From an uncultured bacterium (lineage in GTDB: Bacteria; Planctomycetota; UBA1135; GCA-002686595): a DNA stretch of 64,000 nt. Location of the stretch: the NCBI GenBank assembly GCA_938083085.1, contig CALLKX010000057.1:15994-79993 (forward strand), read 5' to 3'. The notes under the pieces are model-generated. The model made no database searches and was not told where the DNA came from. It worked only from the letters and a program-made list of their open reading frames with translations. The position numbers were made by a program, and so were the translations under genes. This document shows, piece after piece, positions 28,590-38,278 of this stretch. Each line of letters begins with the position of its first letter. The stretch's first letter is position 1.

Positions 28590-29780
28590 ATGCGCCGCGC
28601 CGCCCCTCGCCGATCCGCGCTCCGCTCTCCCCAGAGCGGCGCGGTCCTCCGCAAGGTCCTGCTCGCCCTCGCCGGGCTGTTGTTGATCTTCGAGACCGTC
28701 CCCCGGTGGTTCTCGATCCCGGGGCTCACTCGGGCGGAGCTGAGTCCTCCCTACCTGGACAGCACGGCCGACAGCGCCTTTGCGCCGCACCCCTACCTGC
28801 TCTACACGCCCAAGCCCGGCTATCGGCGCAGCGCTGACCCGGGGAGCCCGGGCGCTCGCACCTTCGAGCATGGCCCCCTGGGGTTCCGCGCTCCGGAGGT
28901 GACCCGCGCCAAGCCGCAGGGCGCCCGGCGGATCGCCTGCGTCGGCGGTTCAAGCACCTACGGGACGGGCCCCTCCACTGACGCAGCCACGTGGCCCGCT
29001 CGCCTCGGCGCCATCCTCGCGGAGGGGCCGGCGGGAGCCGTCGAGGTGCTCAACGCGGGCGTGCCCGCATGGACAAGCTTCGAGTGCCTCACCGGCCTCG
29101 CCTTTCGCGTCCTACCCATGCAGCCGGACGTGGTGCTCTTCTACCTCTCAACGAACGACGCCGAGAGCGCCCTCTGGCCAGACCCGGTCGCGGACAACGC
29201 CCACTACCGCAGGGTGTGGCCCACCTTCCGCCCGTCGCCTCTGGAAAGCACCCTTGAGCGCAGCGTGGTCTACCTCACGTGGCGGAGGTACTTCACCGAC
29301 CACCTCCAGCAACGGGCGGACCTGGGCTTCCGGTCGAAGCGCCTGCCGGAGGGCCGCGACGGCGAGCGGCTCGCGCGCTACGAGGCGCCGGAGGTGGAGG
29401 GGCCCCTTCCAGACCAGGGCTTCGACAACTTCAGGCGGAACCTCCTCTCCATGATCGCCATGACCCGGGCTCATGGGGCCCAGCCGGTCCTCATGACCCA
29501 GGCGATCTGGTCCGAGGACCCTGGCTCGAACCGACTGCTGGACGGCGAGCTGCGGCTGCGCGCCCACGGTCGCATGACCGACGTCGTCCGAACCGTCGCC
29601 GCGGAGACGGGCGCGCCCCTCATCGAGGCCGCCGCGCACATGGAGGCCGCTGCCCGCGCCGAGACGGACGCCACCGGGAGCCAGCAGATCTTCTCAGCCA
29701 ACGTCCACCTGACCGACGAGGGCGCGCAGCGCTTCGCCGACTTCCTGGCCCTGGAGCTGGGACGCCTCGGCCTGCTCTGA
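28590..29780 (+). CDS. SGNH/GDSL hydrolase family membrane-anchored protein
   Basis: N-terminal TM; RIACVGGSSTYG (block I), EVLNAGVPAWTS, STNDA, and NVHL (DxxH block with N in place of D). The ORF-track N-terminus overlaps the NUDIX-MBL gene and is spurious. Confidence 0.82.
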   Translation: MRRAAPRRSALRSPQSGAVLRKVLLALAGLLLIFETVPRWFSIPGLTRAELSPPYLDSTADSAFAPHPYLLYTPKPGYRRSADPGSPGARTFEHGPLGFRAPEVTRAKPQGARRIACVGGSSTYGTGPSTDAATWPARLGAILAEGPAGAVEVLNAGVPAWTSFECLTGLAFRVLPMQPDVVLFYLSTNDAESALWPDPVADNAHYRRVWPTFRPSPLESTLERSVVYLTWRRYFTDHLQQRADLGFRSKRLPEGRDGERLARYEAPEVEGPLPDQGFDNFRRNLLSMIAMTRAHGAQPVLMTQAIWSEDPGSNRLLDGELRLRAHGRMTDVVRTVAAETGAPLIEAAAHMEAAARAETDATGSQQIFSANVHLTDEGAQRFADFLALELGRLGLL

Positions 29781-29782
29781 AC

Positions 29783-29828
29783 CACCCCTGATTCGGGGGG
29801 GACCCTCCCGATTCAGGGGTGAATCAGG
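29783..29828. terminator. Strong intergenic hairpin with an alternative pairing (possible terminator or processing stem)
   Basis: CACCCCTGATTCGGGGGG pairs with CCTCCCGATTCAGGGGTG (one mismatch, one G-U); no U-tract. Confidence 0.4.
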
Positions 29829-29837
29829 CGCGCACCC

Positions 29838-30935
29838 GTGCCACATGTGCCTATGCCTGAGGCGATCGCCAGCGTCCGCGTCCTCCACCTCCTCCCCCAC
29901 CAGGGCGTCGGTGGCCTCCAGCGTTGCGTCATCGACCTCGTGCGGCACGAGCGCATGGACGGCGCCACGGACGAGATCGTTCTCACGGATCGAGCGCTCG
30001 ACACCGACGGTGACTTCATGGCGCCGGCGACCCCCGTTCACTTCCTGGGGCTCACCGACGCCCGCCTCGCCGTCCGGGCCGCCCGCCTCGCCGACCTCGC
30101 CGCCTCCCGCGGCGCGAGGGCGATCCACGCCTACACCTCGGCCGACCTGCTGCTCGCCGCGGCAGCCTGCAGCCGAGCAGGGGCGCCCCGACTCCTCGCC
30201 ACCCTCTTCGAGCGGCCCTCGGTCCGAGGCTTCCTCCTGCGCCGGCGGCTCCGCCGCGCCGTCCAGGCCGCCGACGAGCTGTTCGTCCCGACCCCAGCCC
30301 TGCGCGGCGACTGGCAGGCCATCGGCCGTGACCCCGAGGTCCGGCTCGCCGCCGTCGACGTCCAGCGCTTTCACCCCCAGCCCTCCGAGCACGCCTGGCG
30401 GGGGGTCTTCCTCGACGATCCCGAGACCCTCCTCGTGGGCTCCCTCATGCGCGCCACGGAGGACAAGGCTCCGGAGGTGCTGATCGAGGCGGTGGAGCGG
30501 CGGCAAGCGGCCGGCCGCCCGACCGCGCTGATGCTCGTGGGAGATGGCCCCAGGTTCGCCGAGCTGAAGGAGCGCTCGAGGGGCTCCTCGACGCTCCACG
30601 TCCGACGGCGGGTCCTGGACGCGCCCGGCTTCTTCGGGCGCATCGACGTCTTCGCGCTGCAGTGCCCGGACGAGCTCGTCCCCGTGAGCCTCGTGGAGGC
30701 CCTCGCGTGCGGCCGGCCCGCGGTCGTGGCCGACTCGGGTCCCGTGGCTGAACTGGTCGGCGCTGACGTGGTGGACCTGGTCCCCCATGGCGACGTGGAG
30801 GCGGTGGTCAAGGCGCTCGACGGCCTGCACCAGAGGAGCAGGCGGGAAGAGCGCGGCTTCGCCGCTCGGCAGCGTGCCGTGGAGCGGCACGCCCTCGGCA
30901 GGCTCCGATCCGAGCTCAGCCCGACCTACTCCTGA
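29838..30935 (+). CDS. Glycosyltransferase family 4 (GT-B)
   Basis: VLHLLP..GVGGLQR, VDVQRF, LVGDGP, EX7E motif ELVPVSLVEALACGRPAV. Confidence 0.88.
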   Translation: MPHVPMPEAIASVRVLHLLPHQGVGGLQRCVIDLVRHERMDGATDEIVLTDRALDTDGDFMAPATPVHFLGLTDARLAVRAARLADLAASRGARAIHAYTSADLLLAAAACSRAGAPRLLATLFERPSVRGFLLRRRLRRAVQAADELFVPTPALRGDWQAIGRDPEVRLAAVDVQRFHPQPSEHAWRGVFLDDPETLLVGSLMRATEDKAPEVLIEAVERRQAAGRPTALMLVGDGPRFAELKERSRGSSTLHVRRRVLDAPGFFGRIDVFALQCPDELVPVSLVEALACGRPAVVADSGPVAELVGADVVDLVPHGDVEAVVKALDGLHQRSRREERGFAARQRAVERHALGRLRSELSPTYS

Positions 30936-31122
30936 ACCTGGCGCGGCCTCTGAGCCAAGCCACCGACACGCTGCGACCCGCCGAGAGCGTCGAACGGCGG
31001 TACAGAACCGGCAGCGGGCCCCCCAGGCGATCCACCCAGACCGCCCAGCCACTCGCCCGCCGGGAAGACCGTCCGCCCATCGGCGTGGTCGGGCACCAGG
31101 CGGCAGAGCCATCTAGCAGGCA

Positions 31123-31172
31123 CAGGGTCGCCCAGCAGGGTCGCCAACAGAGCCGCCAACAGAGCCGCCCAA
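31123..31172. repeat. Intergenic 12/13-bp drifting tandem repeat x4
   Basis: CAGGGTCGCCCAG, CAGGGTCGCCAA, CAGAGCCGCCAA, CAGAGCCGCCCAA. Confidence 0.7.
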
Positions 31173-31403
31173 GAGGCCGCAGAGCGGCCCATCGGGCAGC
31201 CTCCACGGCCAGCCAGATCGACCACCGCAGAGCGGACATGAGTGACGGACCATGGGCGGGAGGCCCTCAGCCGGCTCAAGGCTCAGGCTGAGCGTTCGTG
31301 GACCATGCCTCGACCCCCTCGGAGGGGCTCTGGCCGCCTGGGGCAACCCTGGGGTTCCCCGGTCAAGCCGCGGGCTCTTCGCGCCCGACCGATCCCCCCC
31401 CGG

Positions 31404-34400
31404 TCACGCCACCAGCGAGGGCGCGTCCTTGGCCTGAGGGCCGGCGGACACGTTCAGCAGGTCAGCCACAGCCTCGACTCCCAGCCCCTTGAGCGCCGCG
31501 ATTTCACCCTCGGCCCTCCAGATGTGAGCGAGCTCGGTCAGGTACTCGTTCAGGTGCCCCAGCAGGGCCGTCGCCAGCTCCACGCCCTCGGCGCCGGTGC
31601 GCTCGAAGGCGCCGATGTGAATCTGGCTCAGCTCCTCTGCGAGGCCCTCAGCTCGAGCCCGGTCGGGCAGTGTCTGCATCACGAGTTCGTCGTGCAGGCT
31701 CGCGGTGCCCGCGAGCCGTTCCCTCCAGGCCCGGTGTCGGCCGGCCGCGGGGTGAGCGGCGATGACCTGGAGTTCGCTCGCGGCGCGCTCTCGAGTCCAC
31801 TGACGAAGGCCCTCGAAGGTCCACTCCTTGTGATGCTGGACGCAGGCCTCCTCCCGGTGGACCACCCGCACGCCGGCCACGTCCTGGAGACGGAAGCCTA
31901 GCTCGAGATCAACGCTCCCGGCGAAGCACTCCTCCTCCGCGAGCCCGCCGACCTCCAGGACGGCGCGGCGCGAGACGCTTGCGTTGCAGAGGCGGAAGGC
32001 CGCCCAGTCGTGCAGGCGGGTGACGTCGAGAGCCGCGGAGAGGGAGCCGTAGCTCTGTCCCTCAAGCGCGCGCATCAGCGCGTTGCTGCGGGTGGCCGCA
32101 GCCCCCGTCACCGCCCCGATCACGGCTCGATTCGGACCCGTCTCGTCGTGGGCGCCGAGGTGGCGCTGGACCAGGTCTGGCGCGGCGGTCGTGTCTCCAT
32201 CGAGGAAGAGGACCAGCTCAGCACGCGCGGCCCGAAGGCCCGCATTCCAGGCCGACGGGGCCGAGGCGCCGTCCGACTGAACCCGCTGAACGGGAACGCT
32301 CGGGGACCAGGTGTCGAGCCAGGCGCCAGCGCCGGACTCGGCGCCGCGGTCCACAAGGACCACCTCGAACCGGCCAGCAGCGGTCTGGTCCTCGAGCGAG
32401 GTCATGCAGCGGCGGAGCGCATGGGCGCTGTCCCCCACGCAGACGATGACGGAGAGCTCCGGCGGGCCCGGCTCTTGCGACCCGTGGACCTCCGGGCGCG
32501 CCGAGGCCAGTCCTCCGCAGCCCGCTCGCTCGCAGAGCTCACGGTACGTCTCCGTGATCGAAGCCCGGACCGGGACGGAGGCATGACTCCCCGGTCCTCC
32601 AGTCACCGCACGGAGCGGGGACGGTTGAAGCGGCCCGCCGGCGAAGGCCTCGAGGCGCGCGCGGCCCTCGGCCGTCTCCAGCTCGTTCGCGTGAATAAAG
32701 AGCCACTCCCCATGCGCCGAGTGCTCGTCGAGGATCCTCCGGTACATCTGTGCCCAGATCTCGGTGGCGCCCTCGAAGTCGAGCGCGATGCCCCCGTACT
32801 CCGGCACGCGGACCAGGGTCCGCAGGGCCTCATCCGCCGCCGCTGCGGGGTCCTCGAAGACGCAGACAAACTTCGCCTCCGGCAAGGAGTCTCGCCAGGC
32901 AGAGAGCGTGTGGCAGAAGCGGGGGTCACCCTCGAAGGACAGGCCTTGAGCAACGACGCGGTCCATGCGCTCCCGCAGGTCGGGCTCGACGTCGAACCGA
33001 AGCGTCTCGTCCGAGGAGACGAACCGTTGCTGGAGGCGCGCCATCGGCGGCCCGCCGCGGATCGCGCCGCTCAGCAGGAACTCGTTGATCGCGACCGCCC
33101 CTGACACGCCCTCCGGGGCGCTGAACGCGGGGCCGAAGAGCAGCGTATGAGCAGCCTGCAGCGCATCCTCCGAGGCACCCACCACCACGAGGGACGCACC
33201 CTCGATCGGCGATGCGAGCGAGTGGGACGCGTCCTGACGCGGTTGCTCGCTCCACGCGGGGGCGGTCTCGGGCGCGCCGCTCGGAGCGGCTTCGCCCCGG
33301 GCCTCGGCGGGCGCCGAGGAGGTCAGCTCGGGGTGCTCGGCACCCGGCCAGGTCGGCGGAGCCGCATCGGGCGGAAGCAGGTTGAAGCGGAGCTGGGTCT
33401 CCGTAGCCTCGCCGAGCTGCGGGAGCACGACCCGGGAATAGTCGAAGAGCGGGGCGTCGCTGGCGGCGGGGCACCACTTGTTCAGGAACGCCCGCCAGTT
33501 CTGCTCCATCCACCCGTTGTGGCGCTCCACCTTGGCGGGGCCGTCGTAGAAGGCGTGATAGACGAACGTGTCTCGAGCCACCCGGTTCCGCCACCCGGAG
33601 AGGCGGACGCGCAGCGCGATGTCGTCGTCCTCGAAGCCCCACGGAGAGAAGGCCTCATCGAACCCCCCGATGCGGTCCAGGACCTCCCCCCTCACCAGGA
33701 CACCCAGCGAGGTGAAGAGGACCGAGTCCATCCCCCGCCGAGGAGCTGACTTGAAGTGGGCCTCGGCGAAGCCCTGCAGCTCCGCCTGATCGTCGGAACC
33801 GTGGTACTCCACCACCTGGTGCTTGGAAGCGCGGTTCGCGCAGAGGGGGATGGAGCCGACGGCGGGGTCCACCGCGCCGTGGTAGAGGGCCCGGTCGAGC
33901 CAGCCCTCGGGGACGAAGACGTCGTTGTCCAGGAAGGCCACCCACTCTCCTTGGGCGTGGCGCAGCGCCTGATTCCTCGCGCGGGGCGCGCCAAAGTTGA
34001 ACGGGTTGCGGATGAGCGTGATGTCCGGCTGCGCCTCAAGCCACTCGGCGCTGCCGTCCGTCGAACCATTGTCGACAATCAGGATCTCCTGCGGATAGCG
34101 CTCGTCGGCGCCACGGCGCAGGGACTCGATGCAGCGCTGCGTGTTGGCGAGGGCGTCACACGAGACCGCGATGATGCTCACGCTCGTGCCCTCAGGCGCG
34201 CTCTCATGGCTGACCACCCGGAAGTCCACCCCGGTGTGCTCGAAGTAGAGGCCGCAGAGTCGGGGGTACTGCGCGGCGGCCGAGACCGCCGCTGCGAGTT
34301 CGGCGGTCTGCTCCGGGGTGAATTCCGTACCGGCCGGCTGAGCGTCCAGCTGTTCGAGCTGATCCAGGGTCAGCTCGGACGCCTCCCGCTGCTGCTCAAG

Positions 34401-35228
34401 GACATCCACGAGATCCGGACGAAGCCCGTCCGCCGTCACCATCCCCTCCTCGAAGAACGCGTCAGGGGCGCCGACCTTGGCCCCAAGGCGCAGCTGATAG
34501 CGGCCCAGCTCGAAGGCCCGGTCAAAGAAGCTCGTGGCCGTTACGACGTGGTCATGATGCGCCACGCAGTCCGCGCGGTGGACCACCTGAACGCCCTGCT
34601 CCTCAAGGCGCAGGCCCAGGTCGAGCCCCTCACAGATCGGCCCGTCGAAGGTGACCTCGTCGAACCCGCCGACCGAGACAAAGACATCGGTCGGCGCACT
34701 CAGGTTGGACGTCCAGAAGAACGGCCAGCCATAGCGCTCTCCGTCCTGGAGCGCGGAGAAGTTCTGGAAGAGGTCCGTCTCGTCGAGGAGCCGGGTGAAC
34801 GGCGCCTGGCGTGCGTCCTCGGAGAAGCGGAACGAACCGAGCACGGCGCAGGCCTCGTTGAGCTGAGCGTGCGCCCCCACGTGCTGCTCGAGCAGGTCGG
34901 GCGCGGGGACCGCGTCGTCGGTGAGCAGCAGGACGAGGGGGCTGGCGGCCAGGGCCAAGCCAACGTTGCGAGCCGAGGCCGGTCCTCCCCAGGCCTGGTG
35001 GGTCACGCGGCATCGATAAGGAACGCTAGTCAGGTCGAAGGCGAGCGCAGGCTGGCTGCCGTCGTCCACGACGATCACCTCGAAGGCGTCGGCGGGGAGG
35101 GTCTGCTCCGCGAGCATCCAGAGGAGGCGCGCCACCGACTCAGGTCGTCCGTGGGTCGGCACGATGACGCTGAGTTGGAGCGTGGCGGGGAGGGCGGCGG
35201 AGGACTCGTTCAGGCGCTCGTTCTTCAT
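31404..35228 (-). CDS. Multidomain glycosyltransferase: three GT2 domains plus a degenerate sulfotransferase-like domain
   Basis: LSVIVPT..VVDDGS..ARN..LTDD; VSII..VDNGSTDG..ARN..FLDND..GFEDDD; LSVIV..VDRG..AWN..FLDGD; an internal GDPRFCHTL segment. ATG 35228 preferred. Confidence 0.85.
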   Translation of the reverse strand: MKNERLNESSAALPATLQLSVIVPTHGRPESVARLLWMLAEQTLPADAFEVIVVDDGSQPALAFDLTSVPYRCRVTHQAWGGPASARNVGLALAASPLVLLLTDDAVPAPDLLEQHVGAHAQLNEACAVLGSFRFSEDARQAPFTRLLDETDLFQNFSALQDGERYGWPFFWTSNLSAPTDVFVSVGGFDEVTFDGPICEGLDLGLRLEEQGVQVVHRADCVAHHDHVVTATSFFDRAFELGRYQLRLGAKVGAPDAFFEEGMVTADGLRPDLVDVLEQQREASELTLDQLEQLDAQPAGTEFTPEQTAELAAAVSAAAQYPRLCGLYFEHTGVDFRVVSHESAPEGTSVSIIAVSCDALANTQRCIESLRRGADERYPQEILIVDNGSTDGSAEWLEAQPDITLIRNPFNFGAPRARNQALRHAQGEWVAFLDNDVFVPEGWLDRALYHGAVDPAVGSIPLCANRASKHQVVEYHGSDDQAELQGFAEAHFKSAPRRGMDSVLFTSLGVLVRGEVLDRIGGFDEAFSPWGFEDDDIALRVRLSGWRNRVARDTFVYHAFYDGPAKVERHNGWMEQNWRAFLNKWCPAASDAPLFDYSRVVLPQLGEATETQLRFNLLPPDAAPPTWPGAEHPELTSSAPAEARGEAAPSGAPETAPAWSEQPRQDASHSLASPIEGASLVVVGASEDALQAAHTLLFGPAFSAPEGVSGAVAINEFLLSGAIRGGPPMARLQQRFVSSDETLRFDVEPDLRERMDRVVAQGLSFEGDPRFCHTLSAWRDSLPEAKFVCVFEDPAAAADEALRTLVRVPEYGGIALDFEGATEIWAQMYRRILDEHSAHGEWLFIHANELETAEGRARLEAFAGGPLQPSPLRAVTGGPGSHASVPVRASITETYRELCERAGCGGLASARPEVHGSQEPGPPELSVIVCVGDSAHALRRCMTSLEDQTAAGRFEVVLVDRGAESGAGAWLDTWSPSVPVQRVQSDGASAPSAWNAGLRAARAELVLFLDGDTTAAPDLVQRHLGAHDETGPNRAVIGAVTGAAATRSNALMRALEGQSYGSLSAALDVTRLHDWAAFRLCNASVSRRAVLEVGGLAEEECFAGSVDLELGFRLQDVAGVRVVHREEACVQHHKEWTFEGLRQWTRERAASELQVIAAHPAAGRHRAWRERLAGTASLHDELVMQTLPDRARAEGLAEELSQIHIGAFERTGAEGVELATALLGHLNEYLTELAHIWRAEGEIAALKGLGVEAVADLLNVSAGPQAKDAPSLVA

Positions 35229-35420
35229 GATCGATGGGTCGAGGGGCCAGCGGGGGTGCCGGGGCCCTCGATTCGAGCATCGAGCGAAACCTCGGATCCC
35301 TTGAGGAGCTTCCGGGAGGTTCCTGCACTCCCGCCTGGGAACCCTCCTCACCCACGCCTGTCTCGGTGTCCGCAGGCTCCCGCCTGTACTGGCGTACCCC
35401 TGCTGGCTCCCCTTCATTGA

Positions 35421-35530
35421 CTCTCCTCTGCTGGCTCTCCTCTGCCGGCTCTCCTCTGCTGGCCCTCCTCTGCTGGCCGGGCCTCACCTGCCCGGTCCCC
35501 TCTTCGCCGGGCACATCTTCGCCGGGCACA
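35421..35530. repeat. Intergenic tandem repeats: 14-bp x4 and 15-bp x2
   Basis: CYCTCCTCTGCYGG x4 (35421-35476); TCTTCGCCGGGCACA x2 (35501-35530). Confidence 0.85.
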
Positions 35531-35570
35531 TCTGCCCCTTGGGCAAGTCTCCAGGCGGGGCCCCCCGAGC

Positions 35571-37379
35571 TCAGCGCAGGGTCACGACGATGCCCTCAGT
35601 CAGGTTGCTGGTCGCGGCGCCCCCGGGCTGGGCGTCCCGATACCAGGCCTGGAAGTAGAGGGAGTCGCCGGGGATCGGGCGCCCGCTGGCCCCTCCCCCT
35701 GGGAGGGCGGTGAGGTTGACTTGCAAGCCCGCGACGCCAGCGGTGCTCGCCGGCCCAACCTCTCCCGCTCCGAGGAAGCGCGCCACCGCGCCACCGAGGC
35801 AGAGTTGTCCCTGACTTCCTCCGGGCTGCAGCACGAGAGCCGGCACCCGACTGAACATGAAGACCGCGCCGGCCCCAGCCGGGAGGTCCGTCGCCCGAAG
35901 GCTCAGATCGTTGGCCGCGAGGAGGTCCGAACCGAGGGCGACCAGGCGTGCCCCTTCCCCGGTGGAGTTGGAGATGCCGCCGCAGATCACCGAGCCCACG
36001 CCGGGGTCCAACTCCAGGCGAAGCAGCGCCTGACCTTCCCGTGCTCCCGAGGCACCGCGCAGCGTGACGACGACGAGCAGATCCAGGGCGTCGGTGAGCA
36101 GCAGGTCCTCCTCTCCGAAGGAATCGATGAAGAGGCCGTCGTCCGCCCAGCCGTCGCCGTCGAGGTCGACGCCGTCGCCCTCCCTCGCCACGATGTGTGT
36201 TCCGTTGAGCACCACCGCCGTGTCGAACTCGGCCAAGGGGTGATCTGTGGCGCCGATGACCACCTGGTCCCCCATCCGGTTCCCGGCAACACCAACGAAC
36301 CCATCCGCGAGACGAGAGTCGTCCCAGCGCTCTGCCCCGCCCGGGACGACGGGACTCCCTGTGGCGCAGAGCAGCGCGGCCCCGCCGCCGGTGGCGGGTG
36401 ACCCGCTCACCACCCAGTCATCCCCCGTCACGGCGTTCGATCCACGAGCGAACCAGCGGCCCGCTCCGTCCATGGAGGCTCCGTGAATGCCGTTCGTGGC
36501 GATGGGCTCTGCGAAGCCAGAGGACAACACCGGGCTCCCTTCCTGGAGCACGACTCGGCCATCCACGAGCACCACGTCATCGCGAGTCGTTGGGCCGTCA
36601 AGGTCTCCAAGGACCAGCCAGCTGGAACCATCCAGCGCGGCCCAGAAGTCCCCGAGGTCCAGGTTCTCGAGGGCCTGCTGCTCGTTCATCCACTGCCCCT
36701 GGGGGACCGAGACGCCCTCCCGCAAGAGCAGGTCGTCACCCAGGATGAGCACCTCGTCCTCTCCGGTAGAGGCGACACCGTCGATTCCGTCAGCGGCATA
36801 GCCGACGCGTCCATCGTCGAGCACGACCGGCGAGTCGATCGCGTCGTCGAGGCGTGCGTGGGCCAGCCCTGGCACGGGGTCACCCTCCCGGGCCGCCACC
36901 TCCCACGCCCCGGCGGCCCAGCGCACGGGGAGGTAGTCGTCGAGGGAGGTCGCCGAGGTGTTGGTGGCGAACACGAGGTCGCCGCGCCCATTGATCGCAC
37001 AGCGGCGATCCAGGGTCCCGCAGAGCTCCCCACCCTGGGCCCAGGGCGCAGGGTCCCCCTCGCGCAGCACGAGCTCCCCGTCGGCGATCAGGCATTCGTC
37101 CTCCCCGGAGGGCAGGTCCGCGTGCGCGGTGAGGATCCAGTGCCCGGAGGGGTGGCCGTAAATGCGGTCGAAGTGTCCCGTACCAATCCCCGGCTCGAAC
37201 ACGGTCCCAGGGAGGCCAGGGACCTCGGACCGAGAGGCACCCACGACGTTGGTCAAGAGGACCTCGGGCACGGTCCCCTGCACGGCGGCGGGCGCGGCGG
37301 CGGGCGCGGCGGCGGGCGCGGCGGCGGCGGACGAAGTGGAGAAGGCGAGGGCAGCGAGGGTCAGGAGAGCGCGGTGCAT
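35571..37379 (-). CDS. Secreted acidic repeat protein (probable beta-propeller) with a distinct C-terminal domain
   Basis: Signal peptide; five (L/A)(R/Q)EG repeats; DLDGDG Ca-binding-like loop; C-terminal CGGISNSTG...LCLGG...FQAWYRD...SNLTEG. Confidence 0.75.
   Translation of the reverse strand: MHRALLTLAALAFSTSSAAAAPAAAPAAAPAAVQGTVPEVLLTNVVGASRSEVPGLPGTVFEPGIGTGHFDRIYGHPSGHWILTAHADLPSGEDECLIADGELVLREGDPAPWAQGGELCGTLDRRCAINGRGDLVFATNTSATSLDDYLPVRWAAGAWEVAAREGDPVPGLAHARLDDAIDSPVVLDDGRVGYAADGIDGVASTGEDEVLILGDDLLLREGVSVPQGQWMNEQQALENLDLGDFWAALDGSSWLVLGDLDGPTTRDDVVLVDGRVVLQEGSPVLSSGFAEPIATNGIHGASMDGAGRWFARGSNAVTGDDWVVSGSPATGGGAALLCATGSPVVPGGAERWDDSRLADGFVGVAGNRMGDQVVIGATDHPLAEFDTAVVLNGTHIVAREGDGVDLDGDGWADDGLFIDSFGEEDLLLTDALDLLVVVTLRGASGAREGQALLRLELDPGVGSVICGGISNSTGEGARLVALGSDLLAANDLSLRATDLPAGAGAVFMFSRVPALVLQPGGSQGQLCLGGAVARFLGAGEVGPASTAGVAGLQVNLTALPGGGASGRPIPGDSLYFQAWYRDAQPGGAATSNLTEGIVVTLR
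37284..37319. repeat. In-frame 12-bp repeat x3 (APAA linker)
   Basis: GGCGGCGGGCGC x3. Confidence 0.8.
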
Positions 37380-37554
37380 CGGAGCGTGGGTCAGAGAAGG
37401 AGGGGAGCAGGCCCCGGTGCCGACTCTCCTTCCCGGAGTCCGAACGAACTCCCCCGCGGTTACTCCCTACCCACCAGATCCAGGCCTTGCCGGTCCAACT
37501 GCGGCCGAACTCTCTCCACCCGAAGGGCCCCCTGCCCCAAGCAGGCCCCCCGGC

Positions 37555-38268
37555 TCAAAAGGGGTTGGTCGCGAAGACCGAGAACTCGGGGACGAAGCCC
37601 CGGGCGTCCGTGCGCAGCACCCCCACCACCGCCTCGGCGATGTCCTCGGGGATCAGTTTTTTTGGCGACGCCTGCTGGTTGCCCCCCGCCCGGCGGGAGA
37701 AGTCCGTCAGCACCTCGCTCGGGTTGCAGAGCATCACCCGCACGTCGTGGCGCCGGAGTTCGTCTCGCCAGCACTCTGTCATCCCCCGCAGGGCGAACTT
37801 GCTGGAGGCATAGGCCGTCCCCCGCCCGAAGCCCTTGGCCCCGGCGGTGGAGGAGATATTCACGATGGAGCCCGAGCCCTGCTCCACCATCTTGCGCGCG
37901 GCGGCGCGGCCCACCAGAAAGGCCCCCAGCACGTTGGTCCGCCAGACGCTCTCCATGTCGTCCACCGTGGTCTCCAGCAGCGGAGCGAAGCGCCCGAAGC
38001 CGGCGTTGTTGATCAAGATGTCGATGCTCCCCGCCGTCTCGACCAGAGAGTCGACCATGCGCTCGGCGTCCGCCTCGACGCCCACATCCCCCTGGATGGC
38101 CGTCACGCCCAGCTCGCTGGCCACGCGCTCCAGCGCCTCCGCGTCCCGCCCGCTGATCGCGACGGTCACGCCGAGGTCCACCAGCGAGCGCGCGATGGCC
38201 AGGCCGATGCCGCTGCTCCCGCCGGTCACGAGGGCGCTCTTTCCTTTCAGTGCGTTGCTGTCCGTCAT
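37555..38268 (-). CDS. Short-chain dehydrogenase/reductase
   Basis: TGGSSGIG, NNAG, NISS, YASSK. Confidence 0.93.
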   Translation of the reverse strand: MTDSNALKGKSALVTGGSSGIGLAIARSLVDLGVTVAISGRDAEALERVASELGVTAIQGDVGVEADAERMVDSLVETAGSIDILINNAGFGRFAPLLETTVDDMESVWRTNVLGAFLVGRAAARKMVEQGSGSIVNISSTAGAKGFGRGTAYASSKFALRGMTECWRDELRRHDVRVMLCNPSEVLTDFSRRAGGNQQASPKKLIPEDIAEAVVGVLRTDARGFVPEFSVFATNPF

Positions 38269-38278
38269 GGTCTTTCGT

